In this document: piece after piece, positions 9,886-19,769 of the stretch
How positions within the stretch are numbered: position 1 is the first letter of the stretch
Layout of the letters: each line of letters opens with the position of its first letter
NCBI GenBank assembly: GCA_027078545.1
Contig: JALWXN010000004.1
Location: 1,024,001-1,088,000, forward strand
From: Nitrososphaeria archaeon
GTDB lineage: Archaea; Thermoproteota; Nitrososphaeria; Geothermarchaeales; JDFR-13
DNA: 64,000 nt
Direction: 5' to 3'
Program-made: the position numbers and the translations under genes
The notes under the pieces: model-generated
Databases searched by the model: none
What the model was told of the DNA's origin: nothing
What the model saw: only the letters and a program-made list of their open reading frames with translations

Positions 9886-11427
9886 ATGGATAAGTATCTC
9901 ATACTCCCCGACCTCGTGAAGAGGGGATACCTATTCAAGGCCCTCGAGAAGGGGGATCTAAAGGGTGAGCTACTCATCCCCTGGAGGGCCATGAACAAGC
10001 TGATATCAGAGGAGCAGAACGAGTTCTACAGGGAGAAGAATATCCGTGAGCTGGAGAGGGTTAAGAGGCTTGCCGACGAGGGTAGGATAAAGATCAGGTA
10101 TATAGATGACGAGGTGGGGAACGACCTGGAGGCTATACACAGCGTCAGCGACAAATATGAAGCGGTGGTCGCCACGTCGGACGACATCATATATAGGGGG
10201 CTGAGGGTGATAAACACCCCGGCCATACTCATAAGCTACGACACCCTAGAGACACCCAGTATAGAGAAGTTCTTCGACGAGCACACCATGTCGATCCATC
10301 TAAAGGAGGGTGTCGAGCCCCACGCAAAGAAGGGATATCCAGGCGAGTGGAGATATGAGAAGATAGGGGATAAGCCCCTCACAAGGGAGGAGATAATCGA
10401 CCTCATCGACGAGATAATGGACTTCGTCGAGGAGGATGAGGAGAGCTTTATTGAGAGCGACTCTAGAGGCGTAACCATCATACAGATGCGTAACTACAGG
10501 ATAGTGATAGCCAGGCCACCCTTCAGCGACGGCTACGAGCTCACAGCCGTGAGACCGGTCAAGAGCCTAAAGCTAGAGGACTACAACCTACCCAGGGAGC
10601 TTATCAAGAGGCTTACAGAGAGGGCCGAGGGCATACTCATATCAGGCGCGCCCGGCGAGGGTAAGACGACCTTCTGCCAGGCACTGGCGGAGTACTATAT
10701 CAGCATGGGCAAGGTGGTAAAGACTATCGAGAGCCCTAGGGACCTCAACCTACCCCCCAACGCCAGCCAGTACAGCAAGTCCTACGGCGATGAGCAGACG
10801 ATACACGACATACTCCTCCTCTCCAGGCCCGACTACACAATATTCGACGAGATGAGGAATACGGAGGACTTCAAGCTATATATAGACCTCAGGCTGGCAG
10901 GCGTAGGAATGGTCGGAGTTGTACATGCGACGAAGCCTATAGACGCCGTCCAGAGATTCGTAGACAGGCTGGAGCTGGGCATGATACCCAGCGTGATAGA
11001 CACAGTGATCTACATCAAGGGCGGTAAGGTAGCCAAGGTCTACGAGATCTCCATGGCGGCCAAGGTTCCACACGGACTCTCAGGCGAGGAACTGGCCAGG
11101 CCGGTAGTCGAGGTCAGAGACTTCTTCACCAAGAAGATCGAGTATGAGTTCTACATATTCGGGAAACGCGTATTCGTCATACCAGTCGGGAAGGAGCACC
11201 TATACACCGAGGAGGGAGGCTACACCATCGAGGATGAAATCAAACGTGACTTGGGAGACCTAGGCGAGGATATCGAGGTCAAGGTCCTGAATAACAGGGA
11301 GGTGGTGATCTACGTACCACCATGGAACTACAGGGGTATAAAGCGTGCCCTCAGGAGGAAGAGCAAGCTGATAAAGAAGAAGTATGGGTTGAAGGTTAGT
11401 ATAGAGCCCGTGATCGGCTACGAGTAG
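9886..11427 (+). CDS. PIN-domain/KH ATPase (PINA, MJ1533 family)
   Basis: TMSIHLKEG, RPPFSDG.ELTAVRP, GAPGEGKTT, TIESPRDL, RPDYTIFDEMR; C-terminal KH-like region. Confidence 0.9.
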   Translation: MDKYLILPDLVKRGYLFKALEKGDLKGELLIPWRAMNKLISEEQNEFYREKNIRELERVKRLADEGRIKIRYIDDEVGNDLEAIHSVSDKYEAVVATSDDIIYRGLRVINTPAILISYDTLETPSIEKFFDEHTMSIHLKEGVEPHAKKGYPGEWRYEKIGDKPLTREEIIDLIDEIMDFVEEDEESFIESDSRGVTIIQMRNYRIVIARPPFSDGYELTAVRPVKSLKLEDYNLPRELIKRLTERAEGILISGAPGEGKTTFCQALAEYYISMGKVVKTIESPRDLNLPPNASQYSKSYGDEQTIHDILLLSRPDYTIFDEMRNTEDFKLYIDLRLAGVGMVGVVHATKPIDAVQRFVDRLELGMIPSVIDTVIYIKGGKVAKVYEISMAAKVPHGLSGEELARPVVEVRDFFTKKIEYEFYIFGKRVFVIPVGKEHLYTEEGGYTIEDEIKRDLGDLGEDIEVKVLNNREVVIYVPPWNYRGIKRALRRKSKLIKKKYGLKVSIEPVIGYE

Positions 11428-11436
11428 GGCTACCCA

Positions 11437-12309
11437 CTACTTATACTTGTCCAGGATCTCCCTTACGTCCCTAGCCTCCCTAGGCCTCAGTGCAGGTGGA
11501 TCGTTCACCAGGCCGAACTCCACCTCCAACGCCTTCTGCGAAGTATCCCTGTAGAAGATACCGATGGGGAACTTGTCACCATCCACATAGGCCATCTTAT
11601 AAGCCATAGTTATATCGCTGGGGTCATAGTTCGGATCCTTCTGGAGGTCATACTCCCTCTTCTTATAGTAGGTTATGAATGGCTCACCGAAGATCACGGG
11701 GTTATAGGTGATGCAGTACTGGATAATATCTACGAAGGCGAAGCCATAGCCCTCCTGGACATGCTTGATAGCCTCCTTGATAACATACTCCATGTGGTTA
11801 GGGTTACCAGTCCATGTCCTAGCCACGAAGGTAGCGCCAGCGGATAATGCCACCGGGATCGGCTGGAAAGGCCTGTAGATATTACCCCTGAAGCCCTTGG
11901 GAGCCGTCGGGGAGGGCTGCCCAGTGGTGAGGCCGAAGACACCGTTGTTCTGGGCAAGGTGTACAATACCTATGTTAGACCTAGGTACGTTGGCGAAGTG
12001 CCCAGCACCTATACCGAAGGTATCCCCATCACCACCTATACTGATCACCGTTAGGTCGGGCCTAGCAATCTTGAGCCCCATAGCTATTGGGAGGGCCCTC
12101 CCATGGATGGTGTGGAATCCGTTGACCCTGATATAGTGTGGAAGCTTACTCCCACAGCCGATACCACTGACTACCACTACCTCGTGGGGCGGGAGACCCA
12201 TCGTGGCGAAGACCTTCTTCAACACGTTCAGTATCGTGAAGTCTCCACAGCCTGGGCACCAGGTAGGCTTCTTATAGTCATAGTCCCGGATGGTATACTT
12301 CGTACTCAT
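11437..12309 (-). CDS. korB: 2-oxoacid:ferredoxin oxidoreductase beta subunit
   Basis: WCPGCGDF, SGIGC, HGRALP, TPP motif GDGD...NN, GQPSPT. Confidence 0.93.
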   Translation of the reverse strand: MSTKYTIRDYDYKKPTWCPGCGDFTILNVLKKVFATMGLPPHEVVVVSGIGCGSKLPHYIRVNGFHTIHGRALPIAMGLKIARPDLTVISIGGDGDTFGIGAGHFANVPRSNIGIVHLAQNNGVFGLTTGQPSPTAPKGFRGNIYRPFQPIPVALSAGATFVARTWTGNPNHMEYVIKEAIKHVQEGYGFAFVDIIQYCITYNPVIFGEPFITYYKKREYDLQKDPNYDPSDITMAYKMAYVDGDKFPIGIFYRDTSQKALEVEFGLVNDPPALRPREARDVREILDKYK

Positions 12310-14156
12310 CCTACCACCCTCACCTCCTTCAGGAGTGATATAAACCTGTCATACAGATATTCCAGGCTGAAGGGCCTACCATCATACTTCCTGATACTTT
12401 GATCCATCTCGATCAGGGCGTTCTCCCTGATAAGCCCCTCCATAAGCCCGTCGAAATTATTCTCAACAATCACCTTGAGCTTCGCACCCTCCAATGCACT
12501 CTTCACAGCCTCTGTGGGGAAGGGATAGGCAAACCTTATCTGTACAAACTTGGCGTTCACACCGTCCTCGGATAGGAGCTCCAGCAGGTCAAGGATCACA
12601 CCCTTGGTGCTCCCCCACCCAACTATGGCTATCTCGGCATCGGGCTCGCCATACACCTTGACCGGCATGTAGTAGTTGAACCTCTCCTCCAACTCCCTCT
12701 TAAACGTCTCGATCTTCCTATACCTCTTATCCATCTGGACAACCCTCTCATCAGCCCTCTCAGTGATGTCTCCATACTCGTTGTGCTCATTACCAGTCGA
12801 CCAGATAACCAGGTCCTCAGTACCGAGGTCCATGAGGGGGCTTATACCATCCTCGGTGACCTTGAACCTCTTATAGTTGTCACCAGCCTCCCTAATACTC
12901 TTCAACTCATCCTCCGAGACCCACTTTGCATCCTCATAGACATACATATCCTGGTCGGGATATGGGAAGGTGTAGAAGCTCTCGGCAATATGCTTGTCAT
13001 AGTTGACTATGACGGGCATCTGATACTTCCAGGCAATGTTGAAGGCGTTCGCCACATCGAAGAATACCTCGTAGGGATCACCCGGCAGTATAACCGCCTT
13101 TGGATAGTATCCCTGGCTAGCGTGTAGCACCTGCCTAAGATCACCCTGCTCCTGCCTAGTTGGTAGACCCGTACTAGGCCCCGGCCTACTAGCAACTATA
13201 ACGACTATAGGTACTTCGGCTATCCCGGCCAGGCCCAGGGCCTCAGTCATAAGTGCGAAACCACCGCCAGATGTGGCGACACCAGCCCGGGCACCGGCGA
13301 AGGCCGCGCCGATAGCTATGTTGATCACCGCCAACTCACTCTCGGGCTGGACGAGGAATATCCCATACTTATCCTTCACCTCCTCAAGGTAGCGGTATAT
13401 CCTGCTGGCCGGGGTCATGGGATACTGTGCCCACACCCTAAGCCCAGCCCTCACAGCACCGGCAGCGGCCATATGGTTACCCGTGGCTATCAGGGTCTCC
13501 TCCTTAGTAGGTGGAGGGTCAAGTATGATCCTACGGCCGTCGCGGAAATTCTCCATGGCATACCTGTAGCCCAGGTCATGGAGCTTAACATTAGCCTCGG
13601 CGACGGCCTCCTTCTTGGCGAACCTCTCCCTAATCACGGACTCGACCAGATCCTTGTCCAGGCCGAGGACATAGGTAGATACGCCGAATCCAACCATATT
13701 CCTAACAACTAGGTTTACCTTACCACCAGCGGCGGCCTCCCTAACAATCCTCGTCATGGGGACGTCATACACATATATCCCACGCGACTCAAGCTCCTCG
13801 AAGACCTCGTCCTCAACCCTACTCGACTCCCGGTCAAATATGACTACACTCCCCTCATGCAGCTCATGTACATGACCATCGCTATGCTCTCCACCATCCC
13901 CTACAAGGCTAGGGTCGTCGAGGGCTAGGAGGACATCCACATAGTCGACGTGGCTATTCAGGGGCCTAGTGTCATACCTCACCCTGTAGTAGCTATGCCC
14001 ACCCCTGATCAGGCTCTCATACTCGATATTAGCGAAGACGTAGAACCCCTCCCTGACAAGCGCCTTGGAGAGAAGCTCCGCAACCGTATTGATACCGAGG
14101 CCCGCCGCACCACCAATCATCCAGCTGATGCCTCTAAACCGTCTCATCCCCACCAT
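12306..14156 (-). CDS. korA: 2-oxoacid:ferredoxin oxidoreductase alpha subunit (gamma-alpha fusion)
   Basis: GGAAGLG, ESLIRGGH, YPMTPAS, ATSGGGF.LM.E, RPGPSTGLPT; start probably 14156 or 14147. Confidence 0.93.
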   Translation of the reverse strand: MVGMRRFRGISWMIGGAAGLGINTVAELLSKALVREGFYVFANIEYESLIRGGHSYYRVRYDTRPLNSHVDYVDVLLALDDPSLVGDGGEHSDGHVHELHEGSVVIFDRESSRVEDEVFEELESRGIYVYDVPMTRIVREAAAGGKVNLVVRNMVGFGVSTYVLGLDKDLVESVIRERFAKKEAVAEANVKLHDLGYRYAMENFRDGRRIILDPPPTKEETLIATGNHMAAAGAVRAGLRVWAQYPMTPASRIYRYLEEVKDKYGIFLVQPESELAVINIAIGAAFAGARAGVATSGGGFALMTEALGLAGIAEVPIVVIVASRPGPSTGLPTRQEQGDLRQVLHASQGYYPKAVILPGDPYEVFFDVANAFNIAWKYQMPVIVNYDKHIAESFYTFPYPDQDMYVYEDAKWVSEDELKSIREAGDNYKRFKVTEDGISPLMDLGTEDLVIWSTGNEHNEYGDITERADERVVQMDKRYRKIETFKRELEERFNYYMPVKVYGEPDAEIAIVGWGSTKGVILDLLELLSEDGVNAKFVQIRFAYPFPTEAVKSALEGAKLKVIVENNFDGLMEGLIRENALIEMDQSIRKYDGRPFSLEYLYDRFISLLKEVRVVG

Positions 14157-14221
14157 CCCATCACAACATTTGAGACCCTGTTTCAATGATAAACACTACG
14201 TTAAAAACCCATATAGCAATA

Positions 14222-14250
14222 TATATACCCCCGCAGAGTATATACCCCCG
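14222..14250. repeat. 12-bp direct repeat TATATACCCCCG x2 (17-bp period) upstream of korA
   Basis: Exact copies at 14222-14233 and 14239-14250. Confidence 0.7.
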
Positions 14251-14255
14251 GCTTA

Positions 14256-15590
14256 TCACCTAGAGATCTCCCTAAACACCTCCTCCATAATGTCTAGAGC
14301 CTCCTCAGCAGCCTCCTGGGTAATGTTGAGCGGAGGGGCTATCCTCAGCGTCGATACCCCAGCCCCAATCAGGAGGAGCCCCCTCCTAAACGACTCCTCC
14401 ATAACCCTCTCCATAAGCTTAGGAGCAGGCTCCTTAGACTCCCTATCCCTGACGAGCTCCACACCAATCATCAGTCCCCTCCCACGGACATCACCAATGA
14501 AGCTATACCGATCCATCATCTCCACAAGCCTCCTCTTGATATACTCACCAACTTTCGCTGCGTTCTCAATATACTTCCCAAGTAGGAGACGCAGCGTCGC
14601 CTTGGCAGCGGCTAGGGCTACCGGGTTCCCTCCAAAGGTGTTTGCATGGCTACCCGGGGGTAGATTCATAACCTCCTCCCTACCTAGGAGGACGCCGAGT
14701 GGGAGGCCACTCGCGATACCCTTGGCACTAGCCACTAGGTCGGGCTCCACCCCATGATGCATATATGCGAATAGCTTGCCAGTCCTCCCAAACCCGCTCT
14801 GAACCTCGTCCAGCATGAGGAGAGCGCCATACCTCTCCATAAGCCTCTTAAGTCCACGTAGGAAGTCGGGGGGAGCCTCTACATATCCACCCTCACCAGA
14901 GATCGGCTCTATAACCGCAGCTGCGAGCTCCTCACCGGGGAGGTACTTGTTCAAGACCCACTCCTCAATATAGTCTAGACAGGCCAGTCCACAGGATGGA
15001 TACTCCTGCTTGAAGGGGCATCGGTAGCAGTAGGGATACGGCACATGGACAGCCCCGGGCACCATTGGGTAGAAGAACCTCCTCTGTACAGGCTTACTAG
15101 CTGTTAGGGATAGGCTCCCAAGAGTCCTGCCGTGGAACCCGCCTATGAAGGCTAGGAAGTAGTGTCTAGCCCCCCTATGGAAGCCCTTAGCAACCTTCAT
15201 ACCAGCCTCAATACTCTCGGTACCACTATTCGTGTAGAAGACCCTACCCCTCATCCCCACAGCCCTCAGGAGCTCCTCGGCATACTCCACAGCCAGCTCA
15301 TAGTAGAAGTCCGTCAGGCTATAGTGTAGAAACCTATCCAGCTGAGCCTTGATAGCCTCCACAACCTCGGGATGCCTATGCCCAGTGGAGAGGACAGCCA
15401 AGCCAGCGTTGAAGTCTATATACCTATTCCCATCCACATCCTCAACTATGAATCCCTCCCCCCGCCTAATCACGAGGGGGAACCACCTCACATAGGACTG
15501 CATAAGGACTTTGGAGTCCCGCTCGATCACCTCCCTAGCACGTGGGCCGGGAGGTGGAACCTTCACCTCGGCGTATCGTCTCCGCCTCAT
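14256..15590 (-). CDS. Class III PLP aminotransferase (4-aminobutyrate/acetylornithine type)
   Basis: DVDGNRYIDF, NSGTESIE, FHGRT, DEVQSGFGRTG, SAKG, NTFGGNP. Confidence 0.93.
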   Translation of the reverse strand: MRRRRYAEVKVPPPGPRAREVIERDSKVLMQSYVRWFPLVIRRGEGFIVEDVDGNRYIDFNAGLAVLSTGHRHPEVVEAIKAQLDRFLHYSLTDFYYELAVEYAEELLRAVGMRGRVFYTNSGTESIEAGMKVAKGFHRGARHYFLAFIGGFHGRTLGSLSLTASKPVQRRFFYPMVPGAVHVPYPYCYRCPFKQEYPSCGLACLDYIEEWVLNKYLPGEELAAAVIEPISGEGGYVEAPPDFLRGLKRLMERYGALLMLDEVQSGFGRTGKLFAYMHHGVEPDLVASAKGIASGLPLGVLLGREEVMNLPPGSHANTFGGNPVALAAAKATLRLLLGKYIENAAKVGEYIKRRLVEMMDRYSFIGDVRGRGLMIGVELVRDRESKEPAPKLMERVMEESFRRGLLLIGAGVSTLRIAPPLNITQEAAEEALDIMEEVFREISR

Positions 15591-15657
15591 GGGATATAAT
15601 TAATGAGAAAACCCGTGTTATAACACGCCGGACAATACTCAATATTTAGGCCCCGGG

Positions 15658-16611
15658 GTGCTGTGGATGGGGATGGAGGACTACTATGACCAATGGGGTG
15701 GGAACCTCCTCAGTGGCTACGAGGCGGCTAGGGAGATGTGCATAGATAGGGCCCTTATAGTCGGGATGGGCGGCTCGGGAATAGTGGGCCATATAGCTAG
15801 GGACGTGGTTAACTCCCTAGACCTAGAGATAGAGATCGAGGTGGAGAATACACCCTATATAACTCGATGGAGAGCAACTTGTAAAACCCTCATACTCATA
15901 AGCCACAGTGGAAACACTATAGAGACACTGGAGGCGGCTGAGAAACTAAGCGGGGAGGCTCTCGAGACAGTGGTCATATCAACCGGTGGCAAACTACTTG
16001 GAATGGCTGAGGATAAGGGCTGGATAGGGATCAAGGTGGATCCAGCCCCACTCCCTAGGCTTGGACTGCCACAGATGCTGGGAGCTCTACTGAAGCTCCT
16101 AGGTCTGCATGAAAAGAGAGTCAGGGAGGCGTCTCAACAACTATCCGAAGAGTTAAAAGACATAAGGTCCAAGGCCAAGAAACTTGCTGATTGGCTATCC
16201 AAGAAGGATGTGATCTACGTGGCGTATCCTCTACACCTATCATCTGTAGGCCTTAGGATGTGGCAGATGATGGCTGAGAACGCTAAGAAGGGGGTCTACC
16301 TAGCCCCATACCCAGAGGCTAGCCACAACATCATCGAGGCGATGATAAAGAGCAAAGGGGGCGGGGGAGTATACCTAATATCTACGGGGGACAAATACGG
16401 CGAGACACTGGGAAAGATCCTTGGGAAGGAGGGTATAGACCTATTTAAGGCCGATATAGACCCATCTACAAATATCCTCGGAGGGGTTTTAAAGACCATA
16501 GCGGAGCAGGATCTGGCAACCATATTCTACGCCAGGAATAGGGGGGCAGATCCCGAGAAGACACCATATATAGAGAGGTTCAAGGAGTTGATCCGGGAGT
16601 GGCGGGGCTAG
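15658..16611 (+). CDS. Bifunctional phosphoglucose/phosphomannose isomerase
   Basis: GMGGSG, SHSGNT.ET, STGGKL, ENAK, PEASHN motifs. Confidence 0.8.
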   Translation: MLWMGMEDYYDQWGGNLLSGYEAAREMCIDRALIVGMGGSGIVGHIARDVVNSLDLEIEIEVENTPYITRWRATCKTLILISHSGNTIETLEAAEKLSGEALETVVISTGGKLLGMAEDKGWIGIKVDPAPLPRLGLPQMLGALLKLLGLHEKRVREASQQLSEELKDIRSKAKKLADWLSKKDVIYVAYPLHLSSVGLRMWQMMAENAKKGVYLAPYPEASHNIIEAMIKSKGGGGVYLISTGDKYGETLGKILGKEGIDLFKADIDPSTNILGGVLKTIAEQDLATIFYARNRGADPEKTPYIERFKELIREWRG

Positions 16612-17300
16612 ACGAGATACAGGTAGTCGTTATAGACATAGACGGAACCATAACAGATGAGCTGGGAAGGATAAGCCTAGAGGCTGTCGAGAAGATTAGG
16701 GAGCTTGAGATGAGGGGCTACATGACCCTACTAGCCAGTGGGAACGCCCTACCAGTAGTGAAAGGCCTGGCCCACTACCTAGGCTCCACAGGGCCAGCCA
16801 TAGGGGAGGCGGGATGCGTCTTCGAATATATGGGCGACATCTACGTGCTTGGAGACCCGGACAGGACTATGGAGGCCCTTGAGAGGCTTAGGAGGAGGTT
16901 CGGCCCCCGCCTCAAGGAGAGCTGGTCAAACATATACCGCCATGTAGACAAGGCCATAAAGCCCACGATACCCCGTGAGAAGCTGGAGGCAGTTATCAAG
17001 GATATGGAGGACATCGTAATCCTGGACAGCAAGTTCGCCTACCACATCCACCCCAAGGACGTGGATAAGCTCAACGCCCTAGACGCGATATCCCACCTGA
17101 TAAACCTCCCACTAGAATACTTCGCAGCCATAGGGGATAGCGAGCTCGACATAAGGATGCTCAAGGAGGTCGGCTACGGAGTAGCCGTCGCAAACGCCGA
17201 TGAAAAGGTGAAGGAGGCGGCTGACCACGTGACCAAGGAGCCGCTATACAGGGGATTCCTAGAGTTCGTCGATATGCTCCTCGGGGGTGGAGAGGGCTGA
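16599..17300 (+). CDS. HAD phosphoglycolate phosphatase (SPP-like)
   Basis: DIDGTIT, ASGN, GDSELD, VANA. Confidence 0.88.
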   Translation: MAGLDEIQVVVIDIDGTITDELGRISLEAVEKIRELEMRGYMTLLASGNALPVVKGLAHYLGSTGPAIGEAGCVFEYMGDIYVLGDPDRTMEALERLRRRFGPRLKESWSNIYRHVDKAIKPTIPREKLEAVIKDMEDIVILDSKFAYHIHPKDVDKLNALDAISHLINLPLEYFAAIGDSELDIRMLKEVGYGVAVANADEKVKEAADHVTKEPLYRGFLEFVDMLLGGGEG

Positions 17301-18646
17301 GATACGAGAGGCTCAGACCCAAGCCCGAGGTAATAGCGAGTCTAAGGGGAGACGAGATGGAGCCTGTAGACCTAGTGGTATACGGGGCCTACAGCACCCT
17401 GAAGAAGTCTCCTAGCCACGTCCTCAAGAAGATGGATATGGAGGCCGGGAACGTAGAGAAGAGGAGGGAGCGCCTACTAAACATCACCCTCGAGAGCGGG
17501 CATCTAAGCGTCCTAGATCAGGCGGTCTTCACGGTATACGTCTCGGACATACCCAGGCTCTCAACACTCTTCCTAGTACAGCCCCTCTACCTAAGCCATC
17601 TACAGCAGAGTATGAGGAGGGTGGAGCCCTACGGACTAACACTCCCCGAGAGCCTAGCGAAGATAGACTGGCTAGACAGCCTACTCGACAAGTCCCTAGA
17701 CCTGTACTACGAGATGGTGGGGGACGGGATACCCAAGGAGGACGCTAGATACGTCATCCCACTCTACACCTCGACAAATATACAGACCGTGGGGAACGCC
17801 AGGGAGTATACAAACCTCCTACTCCTCTCACGCCAAGAAGGCGTCCCAAGCATAACCAGGGAGATAGTCGAGGAGATAATCAAGGAGCTTAGACAGGTCT
17901 CCAAAGGACTCTTCGAGGAGTATGGGGAGAACATGAATATACTCAAGTACTACCCACCCCCGAACATGTTCCGACTCCGACGCCTAGTGGTGGATAGACT
18001 GGCTGAGGAGGGTGGAGCCCCACGCCTCATAGACTACTCAGTAGTATATAGGCCCAGCAGGGAGGAGGTTGAGGAGGCCCTGATAGGGCTTAACACACCC
18101 CTCCTATCAGTCCTCAGGAACAACGTCTACCATGTCCTGACAAAGATGAGTATATCCACCCTACACCAGTTCCTACGCCAGAGGACGCTGAGCCACATAC
18201 CAGAGTCTATATACCATGCCCTCGAGAGGAGGGACTACGTAACCCCACCCACGATCCAACGCTCCCGCTACAGGGAGAGGTATATAGAGATGGTTGGCAA
18301 GCTCCACGAGGCGTATCATAGACTGGTGAGGATGGGGATACCCAGGGAGGACGCGGTAGGAGTAGTCAGCCACGCCCACGCCATATACGACCTGGTCAAG
18401 GTGGATGGGTGGAACATCATAGGGGCGATGCCCACCAGGAGATGTGTAAAGGCCCAGTGGGAGATCAGGAGGGTGGTTGGAGACATGGTCTTCAGGATAA
18501 GGGAGGTAGACCCAGTCCTACCCATCTACAGCCTACCGGGATGCATAGTATTCGGGAAGTGTCCAGAGAAGTATCCCTGTGAGTGGAAGGAGGAGTTCGA
18601 GAGTAAGGGGCCACTTGTCAGTAGGCCTCATACTCCCACTTATTAA
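17297..18646 (+). CDS. thyX: Tandem two-domain flavin-dependent thymidylate synthase (ThyX-like)
   Basis: SGHLSVL, QQSMR, GIPKEDARY..P, NARE; second domain HQFLRQR, GIPREDA, R.CVKAQWEIR. Frame is open from CTG 17297 (ATG at 17357). Confidence 0.85.
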   Translation: MRYERLRPKPEVIASLRGDEMEPVDLVVYGAYSTLKKSPSHVLKKMDMEAGNVEKRRERLLNITLESGHLSVLDQAVFTVYVSDIPRLSTLFLVQPLYLSHLQQSMRRVEPYGLTLPESLAKIDWLDSLLDKSLDLYYEMVGDGIPKEDARYVIPLYTSTNIQTVGNAREYTNLLLLSRQEGVPSITREIVEEIIKELRQVSKGLFEEYGENMNILKYYPPPNMFRLRRLVVDRLAEEGGAPRLIDYSVVYRPSREEVEEALIGLNTPLLSVLRNNVYHVLTKMSISTLHQFLRQRTLSHIPESIYHALERRDYVTPPTIQRSRYRERYIEMVGKLHEAYHRLVRMGIPREDAVGVVSHAHAIYDLVKVDGWNIIGAMPTRRCVKAQWEIRRVVGDMVFRIREVDPVLPIYSLPGCIVFGKCPEKYPCEWKEEFESKGPLVSRPHTPTY

Positions 18647-19643
18647 CCCCCTCCTGGAGGGGGATAGTTATCCTACACCTCCCACCCTTGAAGCTCACAC
18701 TAATCCCACTGGCCACGGCCCGTGAAAATACATCCCTAACCATCATCTCGACACAGAGCCTACACACCTGTCTAAGCCCACCACCAGCGACATTCCTATC
18801 CACTGCACGGGATAGTAGCCTAGCCATCCTAGGATATCTACAGTACGACTTGACGACATATCCACCCTCAGAAGCATCACTACCAGCCCAGTAGAGATAG
18901 GCATAGATCTCCCTATAATGACCCAGGAGCCCCCTCTCCACGAGGTAGGACATGCCGAAGTCCCGGGCCAGCTCCACCATCAATTCCCTAGGCCCCACCG
19001 CGTCATACAGGCTATATCCATCCACATAGTCAGAGACCATATCCATATAGAGCATGAACTCCAGCCTCCTAGAGACATGGCCAAGAGACACCGTAACCCC
19101 CAGATCCATGAGCCTCCTCAGGAGAGTGTGGAAGCTGGCGCTGTCTCCACCACCCATATATCCAGTCTCCACAAGCCTAACCACATCCCTGAAATACCTA
19201 GCCATGGTCTGCCTATCCGGGGGAGACCTGAAGCTGGACATGTTGAGTATCTCCATGACACGGCCACGCTTAATGCCATACCTGTCAAGCATCCTGATCT
19301 CGATATCGCTGAGCATCTCCCTAAGCAGCCTAGAGATCCTGATCCTAGCCCTACGTAGACGGGCCTGGGGAACAGCCCCCCTAGGCACATACTCGGAGAC
19401 CCTGCTATAAACCCGGCTTATGAGATACGTGTCATACACCATGAAGAAGAGGTAGCCTAGATACCCAGGCCCAGCATAGCTGCTGGGGTCATACGTAATC
19501 GGCATCTCAACAACGGAGGAGTAGAAAGACTCATATACAACCCCCCGCCACCCAGCATCGAGATAGGCCCTCTCATACCTCCTCCCATACTCGAGGGGGA
19601 GGTAGAGGACGGAGGAGAAGTTGTCGCTGGGCCTAGGAGACAT
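18618..19643 (-). CDS. Hypothetical protein with C-terminal 4-Cys, V4R-like region
   Basis: 341-aa ORF; C-terminal YC...CRLC...GRCRITI; the V4R assignment is tentative. Confidence 0.6.
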   Translation of the reverse strand: MSPRPSDNFSSVLYLPLEYGRRYERAYLDAGWRGVVYESFYSSVVEMPITYDPSSYAGPGYLGYLFFMVYDTYLISRVYSRVSEYVPRGAVPQARLRRARIRISRLLREMLSDIEIRMLDRYGIKRGRVMEILNMSSFRSPPDRQTMARYFRDVVRLVETGYMGGGDSASFHTLLRRLMDLGVTVSLGHVSRRLEFMLYMDMVSDYVDGYSLYDAVGPRELMVELARDFGMSYLVERGLLGHYREIYAYLYWAGSDASEGGYVVKSYCRYPRMARLLSRAVDRNVAGGGLRQVCRLCVEMMVRDVFSRAVASGISVSFKGGRCRITIPLQEGVNKWEYEAY

Positions 19644-19769
19644 CTCTAATAATTAAGAGCCCATCGGCACGGATATTTCCCCGATGTGTAACCCTTACAC
19701 GGCCTAGGCGGCACAGCCCAGAGACCCATCAATAAATCAGTGGAGACATATAGTTTATCATTGGTCGGG

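Noticed and set aside
14065-14757. Long antisense or alternate-frame ORFs (e.g. 14065-14757, 36955-37569, 50371-50988, 57495-58112)
   Set aside because: Shadow ORFs opposite well-supported genes, with Ser/Pro/Leu-rich, non-protein-like composition.
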